This document shows, one piece after another, positions 34,324 to 43,996 of a stretch of DNA of 64,000 nucleotides; within the stretch, counting starts at the first letter, position 1; every line of letters starts with the position of its first letter. The position numbers were made by a program, and so were the translations under genes. The notes under the pieces are model-generated. The model did no database searches, was not told the origin of the DNA, and saw only the letters and a list, made by a program, of their open reading frames with translations. Source of the stretch: Pseudomonadota bacterium (lineage in GTDB: Bacteria; Chloroflexota; Ktedonobacteria; Ktedonobacterales; JADMIN01); assembly GCA_021324535.1 (NCBI GenBank), contig JAJPIU010000026.1, positions 14,093 through 78,092 of the forward strand. Reading direction: 5' to 3'.

Positions 34324-35142
34324 TCAGCTGTGCGCCACACTGCCTGGGCTTGGCGCTCTCTGTACCTCCTGGCCCAGATAGGCAGTGATGACTGCGGGGT
34401 TGGCTTGAACCTCTGCTGGCTGGCCCTGGGCGATGACTCGACCAAAATCGAGCACGAGGACGCGGTCGGCGATTCCCATGACCATCGCCATATCGTGTTC
34501 GACGAGCACCTGCGTGATGCCGAGTTGCTCCTTGATGTCGAGCAGAACGGCCGCAAGATCGCGCGACTCTTCGAGGCTCATCCCCGCTACTGGCTCATCG
34601 AGCAGCAACAGGCGCGGCTGCATGGCGAGCGCACGAGCCAGATCCGCGCGCTTTTGCAGTCCGTAAGGAAGGCTACCCATTGGGAAATCGCGGTAGGGCG
34701 CCAATCCCATAAGATCGAGCAAATGTTGGCAGTATGCCCGATTCGCGCGCTCCTCTTTGAGTGCCGGGCCAAGATAGATTCCCCCCAGCACAATACCGCT
34801 CCGCATATGTATATGGCGGCCCAACAACAAATAATCCAGCACACTGGTAAGTGGGAACTGGCCCTGGTTCTGGAATGTTCGCGCGATGCCAGCTCTGGCA
34901 ATCTGGTGGGTTTTGAGCCGAAGCAAGTCGCGCCCCTCAAACAGGACACTGCCGTGTGATGGTTGATACACGCGTGAGAGGATATTCAGCAACGAGGTTT
35001 TTCCGGCGCCGTTGGGGCCGATGATCGCGAAAAGCTCGCCACGCTGCACATCGAAGGAGACATCATCCAGCGCTGTGATACCTTCGAAGCGAAGTGTTAT
35101 CCCAGCGACGGAGAGCTGGGGTAGCTGAGAGTGCACACTCAT
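34324..35142 (-). CDS. livG: branched-chain amino acid ABC ATP-binding protein LivG
   Basis: Walker A is GPNGAGKTS, the signature is LPYGLQKR, and Walker B is LLLLDEP. A LivG-type insert is present. It overlaps livF by 4 nt. Confidence 0.85.
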   Translation of the reverse strand: MSVHSQLPQLSVAGITLRFEGITALDDVSFDVQRGELFAIIGPNGAGKTSLLNILSRVYQPSHGSVLFEGRDLLRLKTHQIARAGIARTFQNQGQFPLTSVLDYLLLGRHIHMRSGIVLGGIYLGPALKEERANRAYCQHLLDLMGLAPYRDFPMGSLPYGLQKRADLARALAMQPRLLLLDEPVAGMSLEESRDLAAVLLDIKEQLGITQVLVEHDMAMVMGIADRVLVLDFGRVIAQGQPAEVQANPAVITAYLGQEVQRAPSPGSVAHS

Positions 35143-35936
35143 ATCCGCCAGTTCCTTTCCTGCCGCTGTTGGCGTAGCGTTGCGAATTGTGCGTGTTCGG
35201 TATCTTCGTGTAAACCGAGATAAAAGGTACGTACAGCTTCGTCCTGCATGAGTTCCGCAGCGGGCATCGCAAGCGCCACCTTACCAGTTTCAAGGACATA
35301 GCCATATGAGGCAAGAGAGAGCGCCATTCGGGCATTTTGTTCAACCAACAGCACAGCCGTTCCGCTGGCGCTGATGTCGGCAATGATGGCGCTGATTTGC
35401 TGAATCATCATGGGCGCCAGTCCCAGTGAAGGCTCGTCCAATAAGAGGAGCCTGGGGTTTGCCATCAATCCTCGGCCAATCGCCAGCATTTGCTGCTGAC
35501 CGCCGGAGAGATACCCGGCAATGCTGCGGCGGCGCTCACGCAGAACGGGGAAGAGATCCATGACACGAGTGTAGGCGCGCCGGATTGAGGCCTGGTCAGG
35601 ATTCGCGAGCGCGCCGGTGTGCAAATTCTCATCAACGGTCAGTTCTGCAAAAAGGCGACGGCCTTCGAGTACCTGGGCAATGCCACAGCGAACGATGTGT
35701 GTGGTATCGAGAGTATCGATGCGGCGACCATCGAAGGTGATGGAGCCGCTGGTGAGGCGTCCTCCGTGTATGCGGAGCAAACCGGTGATGGCGCGTAAGA
35801 TTGTTGTCTTGCCGGCGCCGTTGGCTCCCAATAACGCCACAACACCATGATCCGGCGCCTCAAGCGAGACGTCTTGAACGGCGAGAATCGTGGAGGCATA
35901 GGTGACTGTAATTCCCTGAAGCTGCAGCATTGCCAC
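35139..35936 (-). CDS. livF: branched-chain amino acid ABC ATP-binding protein LivF
   Basis: Walker A is GANGAGKTT, the signature is LSGGQQQML, and Walker B is LLLLDEPS. It is the first gene of the operon. Confidence 0.85.
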   Translation of the reverse strand: MAMLQLQGITVTYASTILAVQDVSLEAPDHGVVALLGANGAGKTTILRAITGLLRIHGGRLTSGSITFDGRRIDTLDTTHIVRCGIAQVLEGRRLFAELTVDENLHTGALANPDQASIRRAYTRVMDLFPVLRERRRSIAGYLSGGQQQMLAIGRGLMANPRLLLLDEPSLGLAPMMIQQISAIIADISASGTAVLLVEQNARMALSLASYGYVLETGKVALAMPAAELMQDEAVRTFYLGLHEDTEHAQFATLRQQRQERNWRI

Positions 35937-36104
35937 ACTCTCTTCGCTGCGTCAGCGCAACGATGGATTGCAGGACAGTAGGACAGAGCAGAAATAATCA
36001 AAGAACGGGAGAGCCGTCTCCCTGGCGTTAAGAAGACAATACCATACTTTGACTGAATGATCAATATCTTGACTGAACGCTCAGTTTGGAAGAGGAAGTG
36101 GCAG

Positions 36105-36130
36105 GGTTAGTCGTTGAGGTTAGTCGTTGA
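36105..36130. repeat. 13-bp tandem repeat x2 (GGTTAGTCGTTGA)
   Basis: ggttagtcgttga ggttagtcgttga, in the 490-bp spacer between the livF start and the end of the AAA+ gene. Confidence 0.9.
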
Positions 36131-36426
36131 CAATCTATGTCGCCTGCGTCGATAGACCCAGGTCTTCCTGAATGTCTTTTGGGCAGGCTATCTTGGCTCG
36201 CCCAGCAGGTAGTAGCGGTAGTAGCGCAGTTTTGCAGTCTGAGCGTCTTGCGTCAGATATGAAGAAACCCGCTGACTCGAGTACCTGTGATAGAGCGGCA
36301 GCTTCCCCTAGTCCTGAAATTATGGGCATTCGAGGCAATCTCACAGGGATGTGCGAGTGCCCTACTTTTGACCACAAAACCGCGACTACGCCAACCAGTA
36401 CACCAGTTCATGGCTTTCAGTTTGTT

Positions 36427-37671
36427 TTATCGCTCCGCTACCAATTGCATCTCAGGGGTGGGGGCAATGTTGGCGCAAGCCGTCTGCAACATTGCGACGG
36501 TGAGCGGCGCATGCGCCCAGATGGCCTCTTCGATGGCGCTGGGAATGATGCGTTGTGTCAAGTCCGAGTAGGTATAGCGGTGTGGATTTGGGCCATAACC
36601 GGGCAAAGGGCGCTCCCTTGTGGCCGCAACCAACCGCGCAAGATCTTCATGACTGAACGGAAGCCCCTGCAACACGCGCGTAAAGACTTGCAGGCGTTGC
36701 TCATCGGTGGGCCGGTCAAAGTGATAGGTGGCGATGGCGCGGCGCACAATCGCCGCATCGAGTGTTCGTGCTAGGTTGGTGGCAAAGAGTACCGCCATTG
36801 GCTTGCCTCGCAGTTGATCAATGCACTGGATGAGCGCATTGACACCCGCGTCATCCTCATGGTGGGTCTGGCGCCCCCCGCGCGCCTGCGCCAGAGAATC
36901 AGCCTCATCAATCAGAATCGCCACCGGAATTTGCTCACGCTCGTGCAAGCGAACCGCCTCTTTGAAGGCGCGCGCGATATTCTTGGTGAGTTCTCCGACG
37001 TGGCCGCCTCCGCGTAGTTGGGCGTTCAGTACAACCAGCGCCAATTCTATGTGCAGGTTGGTCGCTAGCGCCTGCCCTATGCTCCGGGCGAGGGCCGTCT
37101 TGCCTGAGCCAACTTGGCCTTCGAGGATCAACAAGGGATAGCGATCTCCGATGATCTGGGCCAGCTCATGGGGAGGATGCGCGCCATAGGCGTCCTGCGC
37201 CCAGGAGCGCATCGTCCAGGGTTGCAGGAGGAGGGCAAGTTTGCGAAACAGATCGGTCTGAATGGCTTCGAGACCAACCAATGAGGCGTATACCTGGCCC
37301 ATGTGCTCGTTGGGATATCGGATGGTCTCGGAGATGAACGTGGAAACATCCTGCCCCTCATCCTCTTTGCGAATTTGATATTGCGCATAGGTAGTGGTGG
37401 ACTGCGCCATCACGTTGGCTGTGACAGGGAGGAGATTGATCAGGCGCGCCTGCACAGTATAGCCTTGAATCCGCAAGAGCATCTCGCGGCCCACTCGCAG
37501 CGTCTCTCCGGCGCGCAGACGACGCACGATCGCCTCGCGCACCTCAGAGCTGAGCGCTATATAAAAAGCCTCTTCCGATGTGTCTTCGTTGACGCCGCGA
37601 TACTGCCACAGAGCCTCACGCGCAGGCACAGGTGTTTCGTGCGGCGCTTGCTGTGCGCCCGGTTGCCCCAT
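36427..37671 (-). CDS. AAA+ ATPase (classical clade), operon gene 10
   Basis: SD GGGGAGGAGG lies before ATG 37671. Walker A is GQVGSGKT (37096-37119), Walker B is ILIDEAD, sensor-1 is FATN, and RR follows. The N-terminal domain of about 170 aa is unassigned. Confidence 0.85.
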   Translation of the reverse strand: MGQPGAQQAPHETPVPAREALWQYRGVNEDTSEEAFYIALSSEVREAIVRRLRAGETLRVGREMLLRIQGYTVQARLINLLPVTANVMAQSTTTYAQYQIRKEDEGQDVSTFISETIRYPNEHMGQVYASLVGLEAIQTDLFRKLALLLQPWTMRSWAQDAYGAHPPHELAQIIGDRYPLLILEGQVGSGKTALARSIGQALATNLHIELALVVLNAQLRGGGHVGELTKNIARAFKEAVRLHEREQIPVAILIDEADSLAQARGGRQTHHEDDAGVNALIQCIDQLRGKPMAVLFATNLARTLDAAIVRRAIATYHFDRPTDEQRLQVFTRVLQGLPFSHEDLARLVAATRERPLPGYGPNPHRYTYSDLTQRIIPSAIEEAIWAHAPLTVAMLQTACANIAPTPEMQLVAER

Positions 37672-37705
37672 GAGGAACCTCCTCCCCTGTCGTGCGAACG
37701 CTCAG

Positions 37706-39565
37706 TTAATGCGACACCTGTTGCTGTGGCGCGACGTATCCCGTCTGCTGTTCATCAGCAGAATTCGAAATGAGCGTGTCGGCAATAGTAGACTGCGACA
37801 AGGCAGCCGCATCAACCACGGCATTGCCGGTATCGTGTGATATATCTTGTCCGTTCCAGGTGACGTTCACCTCGTCGAAAGCGTCAAGCGCAACGTGGTA
37901 GTACCCCAGTGAACCATTGCGTGCGTCGAGCTGGCGCACTCCACCGACTGAGGTTTCGACGATCTGATTGGCTTGATAGCCCATATGTTCAAGCGCCTGG
38001 CGCACCCGGTCAGCGACCAGCGCCTGCCGCTTATTGACATCAAATTCCGGCAGCGGCGCCGCTGTGACTTCCTGCGCGCTCATGGACGCAAGATCGTGCT
38101 CGTGCAACCAGCTTGGGCTCACGATCACAATGCCTTTGCGTCGTAGCGCCGCGAAGATACGTTGTGCGTCTTTTTTGCACGCTTCCCCGATATAGCCGCT
38201 AAAGTCATAATCTATCCGCCCATCGGCGAGCAGGGTAAACGTCACCAGCTTGTCGTCATGCCCCATGCCAGCGGGCGCGTCATTGCGCAAACCTGTCACG
38301 CGATAGACACCTTCATCCACCTCGACAACAATAGGTCGGTGGCTTGTTGCATCCTCCGCGCCGAAGCCCTCCTCGGCTAGCGTTTGGGCAATGACCTCGG
38401 CGACGGAATATTGCTGGCGCGCGTTGACTGCGGCAAACAGTCCATTTTTGAGATCTTCTATCTGCGTTTCAAGAGCGCCGAGCGCGGCGTCATCACTCGC
38501 CACCGCCATTTGTTTCAGGCGGGCAATGTTATTCGTGTAGACGTCGACCTCTTGTATGGGCAGCGTTTGGGTCTGTGCGGCTTCGCGGGCTAGCGTCTCC
38601 AACGCATTCAAGCGCCCCTGCAACAACGCGCGCCGCATCAGCAGATCATTATCTGGCGCGCTACAAGTGGCAACGATAGCCTTCACCTGATTCGCCGCCT
38701 CCGTGAGTTGCTGGCGCGCGTTTTCGAGCGCCAGTTTCGGGTCTTGCCCTAGGCGTCCCCAGGCAATATCCGCCTCGTTGGCCAGGGTGTCAAGCCGCTG
38801 GAGTTGCATCGTCAGTGAGGCTGACACTCGCCCTGCGCTCTGCGCGATAGCCCGAGCGGAGGCGATTTGGGTACGCACCTGGATGAGCAGCCCACGCGCC
38901 TCCTCACGAGCGCCAGCGAGCAGTGTGTTGGTCGCTGTGATCTGCGCCCAGGCGTTGTCGAGTGCGGTATTCGCCTGAACGATGGCCTGCGCATCGCCCT
39001 GTAAGGCATCGGTTGCCTGGGTGATCACAGCCGGGGCCAGGCCAATCTGCTTGGCTGCCTCAATGCGGGCTTCAAGTTGAATGCGGGGTAGCGCGAGGCG
39101 CGCCGCTTCTTCATGCGCACGCATCTTCTGCGGATCGCTCGCTGCTGCTTTGGCGTCGCGCTGGGCCTGTGCAATAGCTGCCTGGATCGCAGCAGTATCC
39201 TGGGCTGTTGTGAACGAGCCGGTTGGGCCTGCGCGCATTTGTTGTTGGCCGAGCTTTTGGACGGCATAGGTGACAAAATCCGACTGGCTTTGGAGGTTCT
39301 GCAGCGATGCCCTGTACGAAGCGTCTTGAGCTTGCCACCATGAATTCACCGCTGCTTCATAGTTCTCGCGCAGTTTCTCTCCGCACCAGGCGATACCCTT
39401 TGCCGTCAGGATGACAGTACCCCCAACGACAACCGCAGCGCCTGCGGCCAAAAGCAGCGGCAAGGCAACTACATCTCCCACACCTGTGGTACTCATTTGA
39501 TCTGCTCCGGTTTCTAAACTTGTGGACGGAATCGCGACGATTGTTGCTGTTGCGTTTGTGCTCAT
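37706..39565 (-). CDS. membrane-anchored long helical/coiled-coil protein with globular C-terminal domain, operon gene 9
   Basis: ATG 39565 has SD GGAGGCAGAGAC. TM is VVALPLLLAAGAAVVVGGTVILTA. About 350 aa of Ala/Gln/Leu-rich helix follow (AIQAAIAQAQRDAKAAASDPQKMRAHEEAARLALPRIQLEARIEAAKQ...), then about 200 aa of mixed alpha/beta. No family was recognised. Confidence 0.65.
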   Translation of the reverse strand: MSTNATATIVAIPSTSLETGADQMSTTGVGDVVALPLLLAAGAAVVVGGTVILTAKGIAWCGEKLRENYEAAVNSWWQAQDASYRASLQNLQSQSDFVTYAVQKLGQQQMRAGPTGSFTTAQDTAAIQAAIAQAQRDAKAAASDPQKMRAHEEAARLALPRIQLEARIEAAKQIGLAPAVITQATDALQGDAQAIVQANTALDNAWAQITATNTLLAGAREEARGLLIQVRTQIASARAIAQSAGRVSASLTMQLQRLDTLANEADIAWGRLGQDPKLALENARQQLTEAANQVKAIVATCSAPDNDLLMRRALLQGRLNALETLAREAAQTQTLPIQEVDVYTNNIARLKQMAVASDDAALGALETQIEDLKNGLFAAVNARQQYSVAEVIAQTLAEEGFGAEDATSHRPIVVEVDEGVYRVTGLRNDAPAGMGHDDKLVTFTLLADGRIDYDFSGYIGEACKKDAQRIFAALRRKGIVIVSPSWLHEHDLASMSAQEVTAAPLPEFDVNKRQALVADRVRQALEHMGYQANQIVETSVGGVRQLDARNGSLGYYHVALDAFDEVNVTWNGQDISHDTGNAVVDAAALSQSTIADTLISNSADEQQTGYVAPQQQVSH

Positions 39566-39587
39566 GTGTCTCTGCCTCCGGCCAGCG

Positions 39588-41972
39588 CTAGCTTTGCCAT
39601 CTGGTTGAGATGACCGGCGCATCGGCGTTTTTCCCTCTGGGCTGTGAGTGCCCGTCGCCGTTCCTATAGGAGGCAGCGCCTGTGGAACCATAGTGCGATG
39701 CGCCAGCGGTCAACCCCTGACTCACACGTAGGGCCAGTTCACGTATGGCGACGTCGAGTCGATCTGGATCCAGACGCCCGTCTGCGCCCATGATTCCCTC
39801 GAAGATCGGGCGATTGGGCAGGTGTTCGGGCAGCGTCGAGTAGAAGTTGCACGACCTGATAGCCAGCAGGCTCTGCAAATCGTACATATCAGGGTTGTGG
39901 TTCATCTTGAAGTCGGCCAATGCGGCGAAGAGGTGTTGCGAGGTGATTGGCGGCAGATCCGTGTCGCTCAGGGTTCCACGATCTTCCGCATCTTCGCAGG
40001 CCAGTTCCATCGCCCGTCTGACGACGATCTCGATTTCGGCGCCTGTCAGACCCATTGCTGCCGACCGCTCGGCAACGCTGGTGAACTTCGCCAGGTCTTC
40101 ACGTGTTGGATCCATCCGGTCGCCGATCTTGTGGCCACTTTGTTGCAGATCGCCACCATAGGTGATACTGAGCGTGTTTCCGCTCTGCTTGCGGATGGCG
40201 TCGGGCATCGTAGCAAAGATGCGACGCGACTCGTCGCCATCGGGGGCAAGCAACGGCACGACGCGATCAAATCGCCGCAGGAGCGCGTCATCGAGATAGT
40301 CTGAGCGATTGGTCGCAGCGACCCACATGATGCGCCCACGATTCGACGCCTTTGACATCTCTTCGAGGATGCGCGCGAACATGCGTGCGCTGACGCCACT
40401 GTCGCCATTCTGGCCAGAGTCGCGCCGCCCCATCGCTTGATCGATCTCGTCAATGAAGACAATCACAGGATGCAGATCATGCAACAGGCCCAACACCATA
40501 TCGAGGTTGCGCTCAGAACTGCCGACCCAACGATCTTGAATGTTACGCATTTTGACGAGATTGAAGCCGCCCTCAAACGCCAATGCTTCAGCGATGATCG
40601 TCTTTCCGGTTCCTGGAGGCCCGGCCAGCAGCAACCCACTGGGGATGAGGGGTGAGTGACGACCTTGCAACATCAACGCTGTGCGCCTGCGCAAAAACTG
40701 CTTGAGTTTTTCCAGACCGCCGATCTCGTTGAAGCCACGCTCCGGTGGGACAATCTCCAGGAGTTGTGAGCTTTGCGACTGAATAACCTCGGCTTTTTCG
40801 CTACGGACATCTAGCGGCGTGAGAACCTCCAGCCGATTTTGTTGACGGCATTGCATGATGATACGACGATTCAGGTTGTCAATGTCCATCAGGCGCATCC
40901 CCTGTGTAGAGCGTGCAAGGATTCGCTGGAGAGCTGGCCCATCGGCCAATTGCCCCTTGGCAAAATCAGGCGACAGCGCAGCCAGCCGATACCGGTTGTC
41001 AGGGTGTTGCGCCTTATGGCGGATATAGGCGAGTCGCTCATCATCGTTGGGAAGCGGCACACGGATGCTGCGACAACCGCTGCCCTCGGCGCTGATGCTC
41101 GCAGGAAGCTGGCCGATGTTAGTTGTCAGCAAGACGATCACATTGTTCGTCATACGGATCACCGGGTCGAGCGCCCAACTTTGCAACACTTCCAGCGCCT
41201 GCAATTGCTCTGTTGTTCCCTGCCCTTCCCCTACATGAAAAGGTGTCAGCTTCTCGGCGTAATCGAGAATGACTGCGATGGGAGCCTGAACGGGGGGATA
41301 TGGCGCGCTCCGTTGAAAGGCTTGCTGCTCGCTTATGCCATCGGGGTAGTATTGCTGGCGTAAGAGATGACCCAGAATCTTCAGATGATCAGGCACACTA
41401 CGGGGCAGATCAATCTCTTGTCCTTCGACCCGCTGGCCGGGTGGACGCACCCCTTGTTGTCCTTGTTGTCCTTGTTGCCCTTGCTCCGCTGGGCGCCGCT
41501 GAAGTCCCAATGATTCCATCGCCGTGCGCAGAAAGCGGCCCGCCGATGTTTGCGCGCCTAACTCGGTAGCGAGTGGTTGACCGATCCCCAGATGCTGACG
41601 ATCTTCGGCGAGCAGCCCGCTCGCCAGTGTATAGGTGTAGGTGGCCTGACAATTCAGCTCTTCGTAGAGCAAATCATGCAGGTACTCACGGAAAACACGC
41701 GGCTGTGTTTGCACGCCAACCACATCCCACAAGGGAAGGTGTCTACTATTCTTTTCCTGTTCTTCCTGGCGGCTGAGGTTAAGGACGAAGTCATTGATGT
41801 TGAAATGAATGACGAATTGCCGGGCGATGCGCCCGCGATAGAGCGTCACAAACTCTTGCGCCCACAACGGGCGTCTGAATGGAGGAACCTGTGGATGAAC
41901 CTGCTGACCACCTTGAGCCATCGCTTGCCCCGGCTGCGGCGGATAGGGATACTGTGGAGGTGGGTACACCAT
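39588..41972 (-). CDS. two-module AAA+ ATPase (degenerate D1, canonical Cdc48/Vps4-like D2), operon gene 8
   Basis: ATG 41972 has SD AAAGGAGC. The N-terminus is P/Q/Y-rich. The D1-like region has no P-loop (IAVILDYAEKL, VIVLLTTNIGQL, RSIRVPLPNDDER). D2 has GPPGTGKT (40599-40622), VIVFIDEID, VAATN, and DDALLRRFD. A QGQQGQQGQQG insert is encoded by a 9-bp tandem repeat at 41452-41478. Confidence 0.85.
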   Translation of the reverse strand: MVYPPPQYPYPPQPGQAMAQGGQQVHPQVPPFRRPLWAQEFVTLYRGRIARQFVIHFNINDFVLNLSRQEEQEKNSRHLPLWDVVGVQTQPRVFREYLHDLLYEELNCQATYTYTLASGLLAEDRQHLGIGQPLATELGAQTSAGRFLRTAMESLGLQRRPAEQGQQGQQGQQGVRPPGQRVEGQEIDLPRSVPDHLKILGHLLRQQYYPDGISEQQAFQRSAPYPPVQAPIAVILDYAEKLTPFHVGEGQGTTEQLQALEVLQSWALDPVIRMTNNVIVLLTTNIGQLPASISAEGSGCRSIRVPLPNDDERLAYIRHKAQHPDNRYRLAALSPDFAKGQLADGPALQRILARSTQGMRLMDIDNLNRRIIMQCRQQNRLEVLTPLDVRSEKAEVIQSQSSQLLEIVPPERGFNEIGGLEKLKQFLRRRTALMLQGRHSPLIPSGLLLAGPPGTGKTIIAEALAFEGGFNLVKMRNIQDRWVGSSERNLDMVLGLLHDLHPVIVFIDEIDQAMGRRDSGQNGDSGVSARMFARILEEMSKASNRGRIMWVAATNRSDYLDDALLRRFDRVVPLLAPDGDESRRIFATMPDAIRKQSGNTLSITYGGDLQQSGHKIGDRMDPTREDLAKFTSVAERSAAMGLTGAEIEIVVRRAMELACEDAEDRGTLSDTDLPPITSQHLFAALADFKMNHNPDMYDLQSLLAIRSCNFYSTLPEHLPNRPIFEGIMGADGRLDPDRLDVAIRELALRVSQGLTAGASHYGSTGAASYRNGDGHSQPRGKNADAPVISTRWQS

Positions 41973-41992
41973 GATGTGCTCCTTTCTGAAGA

Positions 41993-42274
41993 TCAGCCAC
42001 AAAGCGCGATCTGATTGACTCGTACTTCTAGCCCAACCTCGGCGCAGGCAGCCAGGAAGGCTTCTATCTGCTTCCGTGCGCCCTTGAAATAGATGCTGCC
42101 ATCGGGTAATATCCGCACGACAAAGCGGTCTATCTCCTCCGGCTCGTCGACGAACGGCCCCCTTGGCAGCGGCGGGATCAATCGCCCTGTGGCGGACGCT
42201 TCATCGGATGGCGCGGCTTGTGGCGCTGGTGTGGTGATGGCCGTTGTTTGCCTTACTCTGGTACGTTTACCCAT
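41993..42274 (-). CDS. 93-aa hypothetical protein, operon gene 7
   Basis: ATG 42274 has a weak SD. The N-half is disordered (TTPAPQAAPSDEASATG) and the C-half is compact (DRFVVRILPDGSIYFKGARKQIEAFLAACAEVGLEVRVNQIALCG), ending in Gly. No family was recognised. Confidence 0.5.
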   Translation of the reverse strand: MGKRTRVRQTTAITTPAPQAAPSDEASATGRLIPPLPRGPFVDEPEEIDRFVVRILPDGSIYFKGARKQIEAFLAACAEVGLEVRVNQIALCG

Positions 42275-42355
42275 AATGTCGTTCTCTTTCTGCTTGCCAA
42301 ACCAAGCGCATAGGCGCACATCTAGCCAGACACCAGCTTTACTACCTGGAGCTGC

Positions 42356-43219
42356 CTAGAGCATTGGAATCGGCTCATGCGACTGCTCACCAGTGTTCGC
42401 CATTCCGCTCGTCTGCGCGGCGAAACGCGCCTTCAATTCACTATTTTCTCGCCGCAGCCTGTCATTCTCCTGTTTGAGCGTGCCCAAATCGCGCTGCGAC
42501 GAGGTTTGGTGCGTTCTGAGCCGGGCAATATCCTCCTGGGCAGCCGTCAGTTGGCTTTGTAGCTGGCTCTTCTCGAATTGCTCATGTGTCAGGGCGGTGT
42601 TCATGTCAGCGAGTTCGTCTTGCATTTTCTGCTGTGTACGTTGCAGCGCGTCACTCATTGTGGCGAGTTGCGCTTTTGCGACGTCTCGCTCGCCGGTCAG
42701 TGTGCTCACCTGCCGGTTCAACGACGAGATTTGCTGTTGGTATTGCTGGATCGCCGCGCTTGGCTTGGCTGCGCTATTGGCCTGCATCTGCCTGATTTGG
42801 GCGTTATAGGCGTCTCGCTCGCGCTGAAAACTGGCTCGTTCGTTTTCTAGTTGCGCTTTCCAGGCATCGTTCACGCGCTGAATATCCTGCGTGGCGACGC
42901 TATCTGCGCCACTATCGCCTGGTATTGCGCCAGGGATGTGAACAGCTACGCCAAGCACATCAGGCGCAATGTTGCGCAGTGTCCCCAGATGTGGCATCGC
43001 CGCGCGAAGATTGTAGCGCGCTGTCGGGCTATCAAAGTCGAGGCGCTGGAACCGTTGGTCAGCAGACAACTGTCTCACAACCTCGCTCACTCCCTCGTCG
43101 TTATCAATTTGCCTGCTTGCCTGCACCAGATCGGCGTTGATGACCGCCTCAGTGATTGGCCCACTATCAGGATGAATATACAAGCGAAACTGCCGCGTCA
43201 GCGCCTGACCGCGTATCAT
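42356..43219 (-). CDS. globular N-domain plus ~170-aa coiled-coil protein, operon gene 6
   Basis: A strong SD AAGGAGGGG lies before ATG 43219. The C-terminal two-thirds is heptad-like and Q/E/R/L-rich (NAQIRQMQAN...ISSLNRQVSTLTGERDVAKAQLATMSDALQRTQQKMQDELADMNTALTHEQFEKSQLQSQLTAAQEDIARLR...). Confidence 0.7.
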   Translation of the reverse strand: MIRGQALTRQFRLYIHPDSGPITEAVINADLVQASRQIDNDEGVSEVVRQLSADQRFQRLDFDSPTARYNLRAAMPHLGTLRNIAPDVLGVAVHIPGAIPGDSGADSVATQDIQRVNDAWKAQLENERASFQRERDAYNAQIRQMQANSAAKPSAAIQQYQQQISSLNRQVSTLTGERDVAKAQLATMSDALQRTQQKMQDELADMNTALTHEQFEKSQLQSQLTAAQEDIARLRTHQTSSQRDLGTLKQENDRLRRENSELKARFAAQTSGMANTGEQSHEPIPML

Positions 43220-43260
43220 CGCATCCCCTCCTTATGTGGGTCTGTCACAGACCCACCCCG

Positions 43261-43914
43261 CTACGGATTGCCGACATTTTGCGCATTGCCATATTCAATG
43301 CGCGCAACGCGAATGTCGGTTGTGTTGTACCCGCCAAAGCGAAACGTGACAAGATCGCGTCCATCATAGGTGACACCCTCTGGAAGCCAGTCAAACAAAT
43401 ACAATGGGCGTTGAATATCGTTTTGGAACGCATTAGGGCGAAAACGCACGCCAAACGCGAAACGCGCATTTGGATACGCCTGACGTAGACCTGCGATCTC
43501 ACCTCCCCAGCGCCCAAGCTGACTTGTCGCAGTGGGATTCAATGTTGGCTGGGTCGAGATCTCATAGCTCACGCGGTAGCGCAGCATATAGGCGCCGTTT
43601 GGCCCTGGATTCGGGTCACTCAGCAGTATCTCAGCCCCATCGATCAGCCTGTGTCGGAGCATCTGCTCGATGTCGGAGCAAATCATCGCGATCAGATCCT
43701 CTTGATCTCTGCCATAATCATCGGGAACATCGAGCGCGGCGAAGAGGTCAATGCCTGCCTCTGTCACGAGCTTCAGTAAATCTTCGTGCAGATACATAGC
43801 GGCCTGCTCGGTATTGGTGAGGGCGCTAACCGCCACACCTACCTTCGCGTTCACTGCGTTATAGACATTTACTTTGATGCCTACACCTGCGCCACCTCCG
43901 CCTGGACTTGTCAT
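43261..43914 (-). CDS. 217-aa soluble hypothetical protein, operon gene 5
   Basis: SD AAGGGAGAA lies before ATG 43914. The composition is coding-like and there is no TM. I recognise no motif. Confidence 0.65.
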   Translation of the reverse strand: MTSPGGGGAGVGIKVNVYNAVNAKVGVAVSALTNTEQAAMYLHEDLLKLVTEAGIDLFAALDVPDDYGRDQEDLIAMICSDIEQMLRHRLIDGAEILLSDPNPGPNGAYMLRYRVSYEISTQPTLNPTATSQLGRWGGEIAGLRQAYPNARFAFGVRFRPNAFQNDIQRPLYLFDWLPEGVTYDGRDLVTFRFGGYNTTDIRVARIEYGNAQNVGNP

Positions 43915-43960
43915 AGCCGTTCTCCCTTGCTATCGTTCACTGCCGTTCGCTGGCGCTTCG

Positions 43961-43996
43961 AGATGTTCAAGATGTTCAAGATGTTCAAGATGTCAA
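43961..43996. repeat. 9-bp tandem repeat x4 (AGATGTTCA; last unit degenerate) inside the largest intergenic gap of the operon
   Basis: agatgttca agatgttca agatgttca agatgtcaa. On the operon strand this is TGAACATCT x3, 47-82 nt upstream of the gene-5 start (43914). Confidence 0.9.
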
